Below, piece by piece: positions 10,184 through 20,551 of a stretch of DNA of 64,000 nucleotides (the first letter of the stretch is position 1; every line of letters starts with the position of its first letter). Made by a program: the position numbers and the translations under genes. This DNA is from Terriglobia bacterium (GTDB lineage: Bacteria > Acidobacteriota > Terriglobia > JAJPHL01 > JAPKYU01). The stretch lies in assembly GCA_965206645.1 (NCBI GenBank), contig CBDBKE010000001.1, forward strand, positions 256,001 through 320,000, read 5' to 3'. The notes below the pieces were generated by a model, which was not told the DNA's origin, did not search any database, and saw only the letters and a list, made by a program, of their open reading frames with translations.

Positions 10184-11128
10184 ATGATGCGTGCAATCAT
10201 TCATCCCCTCACTCTCTTGGTAGTTTGCCTGGCTGTCGTCTCGCCGAGGGGTGCAGCCGAAGATGTTGCTGGCAGTGCGGACTACCCGGACATCGGCCGG
10301 TTTGCAGATTCGGCCATCAAGTCCTACAAGGTCGAGAACTACGGCAAGACTGTGCTGGCCACGGGGCCGGTGCGGTCCGCCAGGGATGCTAAGAAGACGG
10401 CCCGGAGGGTCGAGGGCAAGATCACTCGGATTCTATACCGCGTGCCTCCGGGCGTGTCGGCGCTCGAGGTGTTCCGAAATTTCCAGGCGAGAGTCCGTGA
10501 AGCGGGCTATGAATCGATCTTCTCGGGCGGACCGGGCGACATTCGTCCCTACGATTTCAAGTACAAGCACCCGGTGGAAATTCTCGATAAGATCTCGATC
10601 AGCAATGAGATTCATTATCTATCTGCAAAGAAGAGTTCGGGCGCCGGAGAGATTTATCTGTCGGTGCTGGTCAGTCCGCACAGCGGCGGTGACGGACAGC
10701 GGGTGCGCGTGATCGCAGCCGAGACCAAGACGATGGAAATGCAGATGACCGACGCGGAAAAGATGCAGCTCGACATTGGAGCGACCGGGAAGGTGGTGCT
10801 TTACGGTATCTATTTCGATCATGACCGGGCGAGCATCAAGCCGGAGTCCAAGGCGACGCTGGATGAGATCGCCAAGCTCCGCGGCTCGCAGTCGTCGCTG
10901 AAGCTCATTGTGGTCGGGCACACCGATAATTCCGGTCGTTTCGACTACAACATGGATCTTTCCCAGCGCCGGGCCCGAGCTGTCGCGGACGCACTCATCG
11001 CAAAGTATGGTGTTGCGCGAAATCGCCTGCGGAGCGAAGGCGTGGGTTACCTTGCCCCGGCAGCCAGTAATGACACTGACCAGGGGCGTACCCTCAATCG
11101 TCGCGTGGAGCTGGTCAAAGATCGCTAG
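10184..11128 (+). CDS. OmpA-family peptidoglycan-binding protein with DUF4892-like N-terminal domain
   Basis: Signal peptide; GIYFD, VVGHTD, NMDLSQRRA.AV, NRRVELV. Confidence 0.85.
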   Translation: MMRAIIHPLTLLVVCLAVVSPRGAAEDVAGSADYPDIGRFADSAIKSYKVENYGKTVLATGPVRSARDAKKTARRVEGKITRILYRVPPGVSALEVFRNFQARVREAGYESIFSGGPGDIRPYDFKYKHPVEILDKISISNEIHYLSAKKSSGAGEIYLSVLVSPHSGGDGQRVRVIAAETKTMEMQMTDAEKMQLDIGATGKVVLYGIYFDHDRASIKPESKATLDEIAKLRGSQSSLKLIVVGHTDNSGRFDYNMDLSQRRARAVADALIAKYGVARNRLRSEGVGYLAPAASNDTDQGRTLNRRVELVKDR

Positions 11129-11770
11129 TCTGGCCCGCACCCCTCGCCGACCGGGGCACCTGATCGAACAAGCATGGAGGCGGAAATCGGCCCGTTCCTG
11201 TCGATACGTGCTGGGAGGCTAATATGTTCTTATCTTCCAGCCCGGATCGATGCGCGAGCTGCCGCCCCACGAGCCTGTTCTTCCCATGACGCCAAGCCTC
11301 ATACTTGACCTTCCCGCTCTTTTCCAACAAAAGGTATACGCTGGCTGGTAGTGGAACTCCCTGTCGAACTTTCCGCATACACTCGCTGGTAGCCCTCTGC
11401 CAGAAGACCCTTGAGAAGCTTTTAGGCTCCGAGAAGCCGACCTGACCGGCACTTTTTGTACCAAGTGGAAAGAGAGAGAATCCACTTGAGGAGGAAGTGA
11501 GGTCATGCCGACAAGGAGTTACAAGCCGGAGCAGATTGTAGCGGTGCCACGGCAGATAGAAGTGCAGATGGGGAACGGGAAGACTGCGCCCCAAGCCTGC
11601 AAAGAAGCTGGAATCCACACCCAAACCTACTACCGGTGGCGGAAGGAATACGGCGGGCTGAAGGTGGTGCAGGCAAAACGGCTAAAGGAGTTGGAGAAGG
11701 AAAACACGCGGCTGAAGCGGTTGGTAGCGGAGCTTTCTCTGGAGAAGCAGGTACTGCGGGATGTGGCACA

Positions 11771-11777
11771 GGGAAAC
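11771..11777 (+). promoter_or_regulatory. Probable -1 programmed frameshift site joining IS3 orfA and orfB
   Basis: GGGAAAC slippery heptamer (X XXY YYZ) just before the orfA stop; present in all four copies; OrfAB frameshifting is established for the IS3 family. Confidence 0.7.
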
Positions 11778-12599
11778 TTCTGAGCCCTGAGCGGCGGCGT
11801 TGTGCGGTGGAGCGTGCGTGGGAGCAACACGGGTTGTCGGAACGGCATGCCTGCCGGCTGCTGGGGCAATGGCGAGGGACACAACGATACGAGCCGATTC
11901 ATCGGGTGGACGAGGATGCTCTGACCCGAGCGATCATTGCCCTGGGAGCGAAGTACGGGCGATATGGCTACCGGAGGATCACAGCGTTGCTGCGGAGTGC
12001 GGGCTGGGAAGTGGGCAAGGACCGGGTGCAGCGGATTTGGCGGCGGGAAGGGCTGAAAGTGCCGCAAAAACAAAGGCCGCGAGGACGGCTGTGGCTGAAC
12101 GACGGTTCCTGTGTACGACTGAGGCCGGAGCGACCGAACCACGTGTGGAGCTACGACTTCATGAGTGCCAGAACGCACGAGGGGAGAACGCTGCGGCTGC
12201 TGACCTTGCTGGATGAGTACACGCGGGAATGCCTGGCGATCCGGGTGGAGCGGAGGATGGGCAGCCAACAAATCATTGAGGCGTTGTCGGACGTGATGTT
12301 GTGGCGAGGGATACCGGAACAGATTCGATCCGACAATGGTCCCGAGTTCATCGCCAAACAACTGCGCCAGTGGTTGGCAAATCTAGGGACCGGGGCACTG
12401 TACATCGAACCGGGCAGTCCCTGGGAGAACGGGTACTGCGAGAGTTTCAATGGGAAACTGCGGGACGAATGCCTGAATGGAGAGATCTTCTACTCGTTGA
12501 AGGAGGCGCAGGTAGTGATTGAGCAGTGGAGAGTGCAATACAACACGGTGCGGCCGCACTCGGCACTGGGCTACAGGCCCCCGGCGCCGGGGGCCTATA

Positions 12600-13993
12600 G
12601 AGTCTGTGTGAAAACCGCTCTTGCGAGTCACGTATAATGCGCCTTAAGGGGGCGCGATGAAATTCTTGACCTACAACCCGGAGCAAGCGTATCTGCTACC
12701 GCCCAGCGTGCGGGAGGTGCTGGGAGAAGATCACATCTGTTTTTTTGTGCACCAAGTCGTGGAGCGGCTGGAACTGAGTGCGTTTGAGCAGGGCTACGTG
12801 GAAGAAGGCCGCCCGGCCTATCATCCGGCGCTGTTGCTGAAGGTGTGGCTGTATGCCTACGCGCTGGGCGTGACCTCGGCCCGCCGTCTGGAACAGCGGG
12901 TGCGGGAGGACCTGGCGTTCCGTTATCTGGCGGCCGGAGCGGGGCCGGACTTTTGGACGCTGAACCAGTTTCGGACGCGGCACGCCCGTGCCCTGAACGA
13001 TCTGTTCACACAGGTGGTGGAGTTGGCGCGGTCGCTGGGGATGGGGCGGCTGGGACACGTGGCCATGGACTCGACGCGGGTGGCGGCCAACGCCTCGCAG
13101 GACCGGGTGGAGACGGTGGCCAAGTTGAGGGCAGAGCGAGCCAAAATTCGGCGGCAGATTCGTCGCTGGCAGAAACAATGTGACACGCAGTCCTGCGAGG
13201 AAGCGGCTGGCCAGCAACTGAGCGGCAAGCAGATGGCAGCGCTGGAGAAGCGGCTGGAAGAAATCCCGCGATGCCTGGAGCGGTTGCGCAAAAGCGGGCT
13301 GAAGCGGCGTTCGGAAACCGATCCCGACAGCCGGTTTTTGCGCGACCGCAAGGGATTCACGCTGGGTTACACGGCGGAGGTGGCGGTCAGCGAAGATCAT
13401 CTGATTGTCGAGCAGCACGTGGGGCAAAACGCCACCGACAACGCGACGCTGGTCCCTCTGGTGGAGGCGGTCGAGCGGCGCTGCCGGGAACGCCCGCAGA
13501 AGGTCAGCGCCGACAGCGGCTTCTTTTGCTTGGAGACCATCGTGGAACTGGCCCAGCGTGGCCTGGACGTCTATGTGCCCGACTCGAACTTGGCGCGGGA
13601 ACTGAACCGAGGCCAACGCGCGCCCGGAGCACCTGCTGTACGGCATCCGGAACATCGGCGAATGCGACGCAAGCTGCGCGACCCGGCCGGCCGGGCGGTT
13701 TATCAGCGGCGCAAGGCGATCGTGGAACCAGTGATCGGGGTTTTGAAAGAACAGCGTGGAATGCGGCAGTTCCGGCGGCGGGGCCTGGAGAAGGTCGCGG
13801 TGGAGTTCGCGCTGGCCGCAACGGCCTTCAACCTCACCCGCCTGTGGCGCAACAAACCGAAGCTAAATCAGGAAGGCTAGTTCAGCAGACTCCCGGACCG
13901 GCGACTCGGCGAAGATCGAAACACCAGAATTCTGGAGCGAATCATGATCCCTTTTGATTTCCAGCCAGCTAAACCGAGTTTCCACACAGGCTC
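12600..13993 (+). mobile_element. IS1182-family element, intact (1394 bp), transposase 12657-13880
   Basis: IRs GAGTCTGTGTGAAAAC / GTTTCCACACAGGCTC; TATA duplicated on both sides; GRPAYHP, PDFWTL..FR, DSTRV.ANAS, TDPDSR, ADSG, RK.IVEPV.G motifs. Confidence 0.93.
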
Positions 13994-14372
13994 TATAGCC
14001 CTTTTCTACTACCAAAACCGGTTTCAAGGCCCCAGGCTATGATGTAGACTCTCACTACTGTTGGTACAAAAACTCGGTCTGGTCAGCACCACGCGTCCGT
14101 TACAGCGCTGCACGAGTCGAAAACCCGGCCTGGCGGTCGAGAGAGCGGGCCGTGGGTTCCGAACCGAAGGGGGGGAACTCTCCAGCGAGGAACACAGCGA
14201 ACTGAACTTGTATCGCCACTGCTCTCGCCGTGTTTTGCTTGGTCCTCTCGACGGACGACGCCTCAGCCTTTTAGGTTTTGTACTGGGTTTGGCTGCCGCA
14301 ACACCGCATGGGGGCAGTTCCCTGCCGACTCAGCGGTCCAATCCACCTAGGAGCTAGAATGGCTCTAGTTCG

Positions 14373-17300
14373 ATGACCACCCACTCAGGCCAGGCCACGG
14401 CGGTCCTCGCCGAAAAGCCCTCCGTTGCACGAGACATTGCCCAAGTCCTGGGCGCCCACCGGCGTGGCGAGGGGTTCCAGCACGGCAACGGATACATCGT
14501 GACGTGGGCCATCGGTCACCTTGTCTCGCTCGCCGAACCCCACGAAATCAATCCTGCCTGGCGTCGTTGGCGGCGGGATCTGCTCCCGCTGTTGCCTCGC
14601 GAGTGGCCCCTGGTCGTCTACGAAGAGACTCGTGATCAGTTCGAGGTCGTCCGAAGAATCCTCCGCAGCAACAAAGTCGCCCGGATCGTGGCGGCGACCG
14701 ATGCAGGACGGGAGGGCGAGCTGATCTTCCGCTACATCTACAAGTTGGTCGGATGCACGAAACCGGTGGAGCGCCTCTGGATTTCCTCGCTGACATCCGA
14801 GGCAATTCGGCAAGGCTTCCGCACGCTGAAGCCTGCCCGAGCATACGACTGTCTCGCCGATGCGGCCCGAGCGCGCAGCCGGGCCGACTGGCTCGTCGGC
14901 ATGAACCTCTCCCGCCTCTACAGTCTGGACTGCCAGCAACAGCTGTCAGTCGGACGGGTACAGACACCGACCCTGGCCATGGTGGTCGAGCGGGAGTTGG
15001 CGATTCGCTCGTTCGTGCCCGAGGACTATCTGCAGGTCGTCGCGACCTTCCAACCCTTGGAGGGTGCCGGCGACGAGCCAGGAGAGCAATCGGATGGCTC
15101 CGCGCAAAAGCTGTCTTTCAAGGGAACATACTTCCGGCCGGCTGAGAACCCAGCGTCGGTCGGCAAAGCTGAGCTTCTCGACAAGGGCCCATCCCAGCGT
15201 GGCACGCGGCTGCCGGCCGACGGTGAGGAAGCCCGCCAGATCGTCGAGCGGGCCCAAACGGGAGAGGCTCACATCGCGTCCATCGAATGCGAGACGAAGC
15301 GGCTGGCGCCTCCCTTGCTCTATGACCTGACGGAGCTGCAGCGCCACGCCAATCGACTCTACGGCTTCAGCGCGAAGCGGACCTTGGATCTCGCGCAGAA
15401 CCTCTACGAGAAGCACAAGCTCCTCACGTACCCTCGCACCAACAGTCGTCATCTCTCCCAGGACGTGGCAGCAACACTGGACAAAGTCGTACGGGCGATC
15501 GCCGGGCCCTATCAAGCGTCACTTGCTCCGGGAACCGGCAGGCGCCCCCTGGGTCGGCGGTTCGTCGATGACGCCAAGGTCACCGACCACCACGCGATCA
15601 TCCCCACCGGCGTTGCGGGATCACCGCCGCGCGGCGATGAAGCCAAGATCTATGACCTGGTGTGCCGTCGTCTGCTCGGTGCTTGGCACCAGGACCACGT
15701 CTGGGCTGTCACCACCATCATCACCACCGTCACTTCGCCTGCCGAGCCAGAGCAATCGGACCGCGTGGTCGACCGCTACTGCAGCCCGGGCATGTCGGTC
15801 GAACAAGAAGGCTGGAAAGTGCTGGACCTGGCGCCCCCAAGTAAAGCCGCCAAACGAAAACCGACAGCGGAAGAGATCCGAGACGACTCCTCGTCAAAGA
15901 ACTCCCCCTCCGACGGAGAAGGCGCACAGAGAATCCCACCGGGACTGGCACAGGGCCAGCCACAACGAGTCTCCCACGTCGAAGCGCTTTCCAAGAAGAC
16001 ACGGCCGCCGAAGCGATTCACCGAGGCCACGCTGCTGACGGCGATGGAGTCTGCCGGGAAGACGCTCGAAGAAAAAGAGCTTTCCGACGCCATGAAAGAC
16101 CGCGGGTTGGGCACGGCGGCGACCCGCGCGACGATCATCGAGACAGTGTTGCGAAGGGAATACCTGCGGCGTAAGGGCAACTCCCTCGAGGCGACCGAGA
16201 AAGGGATTCACTTGATTGACGTCGTGCACGCTGCGGTCAAGAGTCCGGCCATGACCGGCGAGTGGGAAGCGCAACTGCGCGAGATCGAACGCGGCCAGGG
16301 CCAATTCCAGAAGTTCATGCAGGGGATCGAGGAGTACCTTCGCCACGTTGTCGGCAAGAAGCCGGTGCAAGGACAGCCCGAGCCCTACGCGGAGCATCAG
16401 TCATCCCTTCGGCCGACGGCGGAGTCGCTCGGATCTCGGCCGACCCGTTCCCTTGAGCAAACAGAACGGCGCTCTCTGGCTGCGAGTGCGGGGGCTGGCC
16501 CACAAGGGGCGCTCTCTCACGCCCCGGCAGAGGTGGATCGCGGTCCGCCCACAGCTCGTGTGTCTACGGGCACGGACGGTGCGGAACAGGGTGGGTCCGG
16601 GCTCGGCGAGCTGCTGCGGTCCGGCTTCGGCTTCGAGTCATTCCGTCCCTATCAGGAGGAGGTCTGCGAGGCAGCCGCCGCCGGGCGTGACGTGCTACTG
16701 GTGATGCCCACCGGCGCCGGCAAATCGCTCTGCTACCAACTCCCTGGCCTGGCGCGCGGGGGCGTGACGCTGGTCATCAGCCCCCTGATCGCGCTCATGG
16801 AAGATCAGGTTGCCAAGCTCCAACAAACGGGCCTTCGTGCGGAGCGGATCCACTCTGGGCGCGACCGGGGGCTCAGCCGCGAGGTCTGTTTCCGTTACCT
16901 CGAGGGGAAACTCGATTTTCTCTTCATCGCCCCGGAACGGTTGAATGTGACAGGCTTCCCGGAGATGCTCGCCAAGCGGACTCCCACGCTCATCGCGATC
17001 GACGAGGCACACTGTATCTCACACTGGGGTCACGATTTCCGTCCCGAGTATCGCATGTTGGGACAGCGGCTCGCCCCGCTGCGTCCCGCTCCCGTCATCG
17101 CACTGACCGCGACCGCGACCCCGCTGGTGCAAGACGACATCATCGAACAGCTCGGGCTCAACAACCCGTTATGCGGGATCCACGGATTCCGGCGCGACAA
17201 CATCGCCATCGAGGTCATCGAGAGGACGCCGAGTCAACGCCCTCCAGCAGTCAAGGAGCTGCTCGCGGAGCCAGTGCAGCGCCCCGCCATCATCTATGCG

Positions 17301-18644
17301 CCCACGCGCAAGTCCGCCGAAGAGCTCGCGCTGGAGTTAGCACCACAGTTCTCGACAGCGGCCTACCACGCGGGAATGATGCCGGAGACCCGCGACAAGG
17401 TCCAAACAGCGTTTCTGTCGGGCACACACGAAGTCATCGTCGCCACGATCGCCTTCGGGATGGGGATCGACAAGCCCAACATCCGCACGGTCGTGCATAC
17501 CGGCCTACCGGGCAGCGTGGAAGCCTACTATCAGGAAATCGGCCGGGCCGGACGCGACGGCAAGCCGTCCCGGGCGGTGCTGATGTATTCCTGGGCCGAC
17601 CGCAAGACGCACGAGTTCTTCCAAGGGCGCGACTATCCCGCTGTGGAAGAACTGGAGCGGATCTTCGAGAAACTGTCCAACGAACCCGAGGCCCGCCAGA
17701 AACTCAAGCAGCAGGTTCGAATGGACATGATCGTCTTCGAGAAAGCGCTCGAAAAACTCTGGATTCACGAGGGAGCGCTGATCGATCCCGAAGAAAACGT
17801 GCGGCGCGGTCATGACCGCTGGAGGGCACCCTATATCGCGCAACGCGAGTACAAGCTCAAGCAGCTTGACCGCATCGTCCGCTTTGCCTCCTCACATGAG
17901 TGTCGCATGCGCGACCTCGTCCGACACTTCGGCGACCAAGCGGACTCGCAACAGCCGTGCGGCACCTGTGACATTTGCGCTCCGGATTCTTGTGTCGTGC
18001 AGCGGTACCGGCAGCCCAGCGAAGAAGAAAACGTCAGTCTCGATCAGATCGTTGAAGCCGTCAAGGCGCAAGAGGGGCTGGCCCTCGGCCGGTTGCACGA
18101 ACAAGTCGCCAAAGCGACCCCGCTGGAACGAAAGACTTTCGAGAAGCTGCTGGGTGGGTTGGCCCGGGCAGGGCTCGTCAAGACAATCGCTGCTGCCTTC
18201 GATAAGAACGGGCGGAGGATCGAATATCGCCGCGTTTTTCTTACCCAGGAGGGCCGGCAGCTCACTGGCTCGGCCGCACCCCTCGTCTCGTTGCCGGTCG
18301 AGGCTCCCCCTGCCCCCAAGAAGAAAAAGAAGAAACGCACGGCGAAGCCCGGAAAGAAAGAGCCACGACCGGAGAAGCACAGGCCCACTGTTCAGCCCAT
18401 CGAAGCCGACGACGGACTCCCGGATCCACAACTGGTCGAGCAGCTGCGAGCCTGGCGTCTTGAGAAAGCCCGTGCGCAGCGCATCCCAGCTTTCCGCGTC
18501 TTCCCGGACCGAACCTTAAACTCCATCGCGCAATTGCGCCCCACCAACCAGGAAGAGCTCTTACAAGTGCCAGGCATCGGGCCCCGTCTCGCTCGTAAAT
18601 ACGGTCGGAAGATTCTCTCGCTCGTAGCCGGAAACGACAAGTGA
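14373..18644 (+). CDS. DNA topoisomerase III - RecQ helicase - HRDC fusion protein
   Basis: Type IA topoisomerase: AEKPSVA, DAGREGELI, GRVQTPTL, TYPRT, DHHAIIPT. RecQ: MPTGAGKSLCYQ, DEAHC, ATIAFGMGIDKP, QEIGRAGRDG, Zn site CR..CGTCDIC. C-terminal HRDC: LRAWRLEKAR..IPAFRVF. Confidence 0.92.
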   Translation: MTTHSGQATAVLAEKPSVARDIAQVLGAHRRGEGFQHGNGYIVTWAIGHLVSLAEPHEINPAWRRWRRDLLPLLPREWPLVVYEETRDQFEVVRRILRSNKVARIVAATDAGREGELIFRYIYKLVGCTKPVERLWISSLTSEAIRQGFRTLKPARAYDCLADAARARSRADWLVGMNLSRLYSLDCQQQLSVGRVQTPTLAMVVERELAIRSFVPEDYLQVVATFQPLEGAGDEPGEQSDGSAQKLSFKGTYFRPAENPASVGKAELLDKGPSQRGTRLPADGEEARQIVERAQTGEAHIASIECETKRLAPPLLYDLTELQRHANRLYGFSAKRTLDLAQNLYEKHKLLTYPRTNSRHLSQDVAATLDKVVRAIAGPYQASLAPGTGRRPLGRRFVDDAKVTDHHAIIPTGVAGSPPRGDEAKIYDLVCRRLLGAWHQDHVWAVTTIITTVTSPAEPEQSDRVVDRYCSPGMSVEQEGWKVLDLAPPSKAAKRKPTAEEIRDDSSSKNSPSDGEGAQRIPPGLAQGQPQRVSHVEALSKKTRPPKRFTEATLLTAMESAGKTLEEKELSDAMKDRGLGTAATRATIIETVLRREYLRRKGNSLEATEKGIHLIDVVHAAVKSPAMTGEWEAQLREIERGQGQFQKFMQGIEEYLRHVVGKKPVQGQPEPYAEHQSSLRPTAESLGSRPTRSLEQTERRSLAASAGAGPQGALSHAPAEVDRGPPTARVSTGTDGAEQGGSGLGELLRSGFGFESFRPYQEEVCEAAAAGRDVLLVMPTGAGKSLCYQLPGLARGGVTLVISPLIALMEDQVAKLQQTGLRAERIHSGRDRGLSREVCFRYLEGKLDFLFIAPERLNVTGFPEMLAKRTPTLIAIDEAHCISHWGHDFRPEYRMLGQRLAPLRPAPVIALTATATPLVQDDIIEQLGLNNPLCGIHGFRRDNIAIEVIERTPSQRPPAVKELLAEPVQRPAIIYAPTRKSAEELALELAPQFSTAAYHAGMMPETRDKVQTAFLSGTHEVIVATIAFGMGIDKPNIRTVVHTGLPGSVEAYYQEIGRAGRDGKPSRAVLMYSWADRKTHEFFQGRDYPAVEELERIFEKLSNEPEARQKLKQQVRMDMIVFEKALEKLWIHEGALIDPEENVRRGHDRWRAPYIAQREYKLKQLDRIVRFASSHECRMRDLVRHFGDQADSQQPCGTCDICAPDSCVVQRYRQPSEEENVSLDQIVEAVKAQEGLALGRLHEQVAKATPLERKTFEKLLGGLARAGLVKTIAAAFDKNGRRIEYRRVFLTQEGRQLTGSAAPLVSLPVEAPPAPKKKKKKRTAKPGKKEPRPEKHRPTVQPIEADDGLPDPQLVEQLRAWRLEKARAQRIPAFRVFPDRTLNSIAQLRPTNQEELLQVPGIGPRLARKYGRKILSLVAGNDK

Positions 18645-18678
18645 CCTTGGGCAGAACGCGTGCTGCCGGGGGGCGTTA

Positions 18679-19267
18679 GAGTCTGTGTGGAAACTCGGTT
18701 TAGCTGGCTGGAAATCAAAAGAGATCATGATCCGCTCCAGAATTCTGGTGTTTCGATCTTCGCCGAGTCGCCGGTCCGGGAGTCTGCCGAACTAGCCTTC
18801 CTGATCTAGCTTCGGTTTGTTGCGCCACAGGCGGGTGAGGTTGAAGGCCGTTGCGGCCAGCGCGAACTCCACCGCGACCTTCCCCAGGCCCCGCCGCCGG
18901 AACTGCCGCATTCCACGCTGTTCTTTCAAAACCCCGATCACTGGTTCCACGATCGCCTTGCGCCGCTGATAAACCGCCCGCCCGGCCGGGTCGCGCAGCT
19001 TGCGTCGCATTCGCCGGTGTTCCGGATGCCGTACAGCAGGTGCTCCGGGCGCGCGTTGGCCTCGGTTCAGTTCCCGCGCCAAGTTCGAGTCGGGCACATA
19101 GACGTCCAGGCCACGCTGGGCCAGTTCCACGATGGTCTCCAAGCAAAAGAAGCCGCTGTCGGCGCTGACCTTCTGCGGGCGTTCCCGGCAGCGTCGCTCG
19201 ACCGCCTCCACCAGAGGGACCAGCGTCGCGTTGTCGGTGGCGTTTTGCCCCACGCGCTGCTCGACAA
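18679..19267 (-). mobile_element. IS1182 copy 2, 3' half (589 bp)
   Basis: Near-identical to the reverse complement of ~13405-13993; stops at CTGCTCGACAA. Confidence 0.93.
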
Positions 19268-19305
19268 GCAGGAGGTCGGAGGTTCGAGCCCTCCACCGCT
19301 CACCA
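19257..19305 (+). other. Left att junction carrying the 3' half of a tRNA-Val-like gene
   Basis: GACAA-GCAGG-AGGTC-GGAGG-TTCGAGC-CCTCC-ACCGCTC-ACCA: anticodon 3' strand, T-arm and CCA end. Confidence 0.85.
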
Positions 19306-19361
19306 TTTAACTTACTTGTTTTCATCACCCGTCTGCCTTGCCTCTCGTTGCCGAAGACGGA

Positions 19362-19387
19362 ACTGTAAAGAAACTGTCAAAAAACTG
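19362..19387 (+). repeat. Putative integrase arm-type binding repeats (left end)
   Basis: ACTGTAAAGAAACTGTCAAAAAACTG; near-identical ACTGTCAAGAAACTGTCAGAAAACTC at 55109-55134. Confidence 0.7.
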
Positions 19388-19390
19388 GCT

Positions 19391-20551
19391 CTAGATGGCC
19401 AGCGCTGTAAAGGAACTCGCGCCGTGCTCGTTCGCCTGTCGGTCGAGCTTGGACAGCGCTTCCCGCATCATGTTGAGCTTCGCGTGGCTGTAGCGCTTGA
19501 ACACCTGCGAATCGCCTTGTCGGAGCATCTGCGTCACGAAATGATCCGCCACGCCCCCGGCGCTGAGCCGGGTCGCAAACGTGTGGCGCAGCTCGTATAG
19601 CGAAAAATGCGGCAGCCCGGCGCGCTGGAGCGTCCGGTTCCACAGCTTTTGCACCGTCGTGATGTGCGGCTTGCTCAAGTCCATCCGCGAGCTCGGGAAC
19701 AGGTAGTCGGAATCGCCGCTCTGCTTCATCTGTGAGGCGAACGCTTGACGGGCTCTGTCGGTCATCGGCATGTCCGCGATACCATTCACCGTCTTGGAAT
19801 CCGGCAGATGCACGATCCCGTTCTCCAGATCGACCTGTCCCTTTCGCATCGGGATCAACTCCCGATAGGGCCGCAGCCCCATCTCCACCATGATCGCGAT
19901 GATGTTGCGCAGGTACAGGGGCGCGCAGGCTTCCAGCCAGGCCTGCTTCGAGGCGGTCAGATAGTGCGGCTTGCGCGTCGTGCCCGCCAACGCCACCGGA
20001 AACTCCACCCCATTACAGGGATTGACCGCCAGCCGCCGCTTCTTCACCGCCACGTTCAGGATACGTCTCAGGACGCGAAACTCCTGATGCACGGTGGCAG
20101 GTTTGAGCCTGCCGCGAAGTTGCAGCCCCAACTTGGTATGCACCCGCTTGCCTGTATTCAATCTGGTCATCAGGTACGATTCGATATCTTCCGGTGTGAT
20201 GTCCGATAGTCTGTTCTTGCCGAACCGGGGCCTCAGGAACTTCAACGCGCCGAGGTTCTGCACGTGAGTCTTCTCGCTCCGGAAGGGTGGTTTGGATCGG
20301 TTCTCAAGGAACCAGTCCGCCCACTCGTTGAACCTGATCTCCCCGCCCGGCGCGGCGCTCGGCAGCAACCCCTCGTCGCGAGCCACCAACCGTTTGCGCA
20401 TCACCTTCTCGGCTTCCCCTTTTTCTCTCTGCCCTGTCGAGGTCTGTCTCCACCTCCCGTTCTGCTCTCGATAGCTCATCCACCAGACGCGTGAATTGCA
20501 CCGCAGGTACAGGCTACCAGCGGTATTTCTGGGTCTACCTGTCTTGTTCAT
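19391..20551 (-). CDS. Tyrosine recombinase / phage-type integrase
   Basis: GLRPYRE (catalytic R), LPDSKT (K), YELRHTFATRL, MLRQ...VFKRYSH (Y); N-terminal arm-binding-like region; GGAGG SD. Confidence 0.93.
   Translation of the reverse strand: MNKTGRPRNTAGSLYLRCNSRVWWMSYREQNGRWRQTSTGQREKGEAEKVMRKRLVARDEGLLPSAAPGGEIRFNEWADWFLENRSKPPFRSEKTHVQNLGALKFLRPRFGKNRLSDITPEDIESYLMTRLNTGKRVHTKLGLQLRGRLKPATVHQEFRVLRRILNVAVKKRRLAVNPCNGVEFPVALAGTTRKPHYLTASKQAWLEACAPLYLRNIIAIMVEMGLRPYRELIPMRKGQVDLENGIVHLPDSKTVNGIADMPMTDRARQAFASQMKQSGDSDYLFPSSRMDLSKPHITTVQKLWNRTLQRAGLPHFSLYELRHTFATRLSAGGVADHFVTQMLRQGDSQVFKRYSHAKLNMMREALSKLDRQANEHGASSFTALAI

Larger units (their letters stand above)
11438..14085 (+). mobile_element. 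IS3-family element (IS407-like), copy 1, interrupted by IS1182 near its right end
   Basis: IRL cGACCTGACCGGCACTTTTTGTACC (T>C at base 1); IRR GGTACAAAAACTCGGTCTGGTCA; orfA 11505-11783; orfB with WSYDF, DEYTRECL, SDNGPEF, PGSPWENG.ESFNG. Confidence 0.95.

Noticed and set aside
14373-18644. Reverse gyrase
   Set aside because: Domain order is topoisomerase then helicase, and the helicase is RecQ-type with an HRDC domain.
19257-19305. Functional tRNA gene
   Set aside because: The 5' acceptor strand and D-arm are absent; upstream sequence is IS1182.
18792-19328. 178-aa ORF and 245-aa ORF (55124-55861) as independent genes
   Set aside because: They are the two halves of one IS1182 transposase reading into att sequence.
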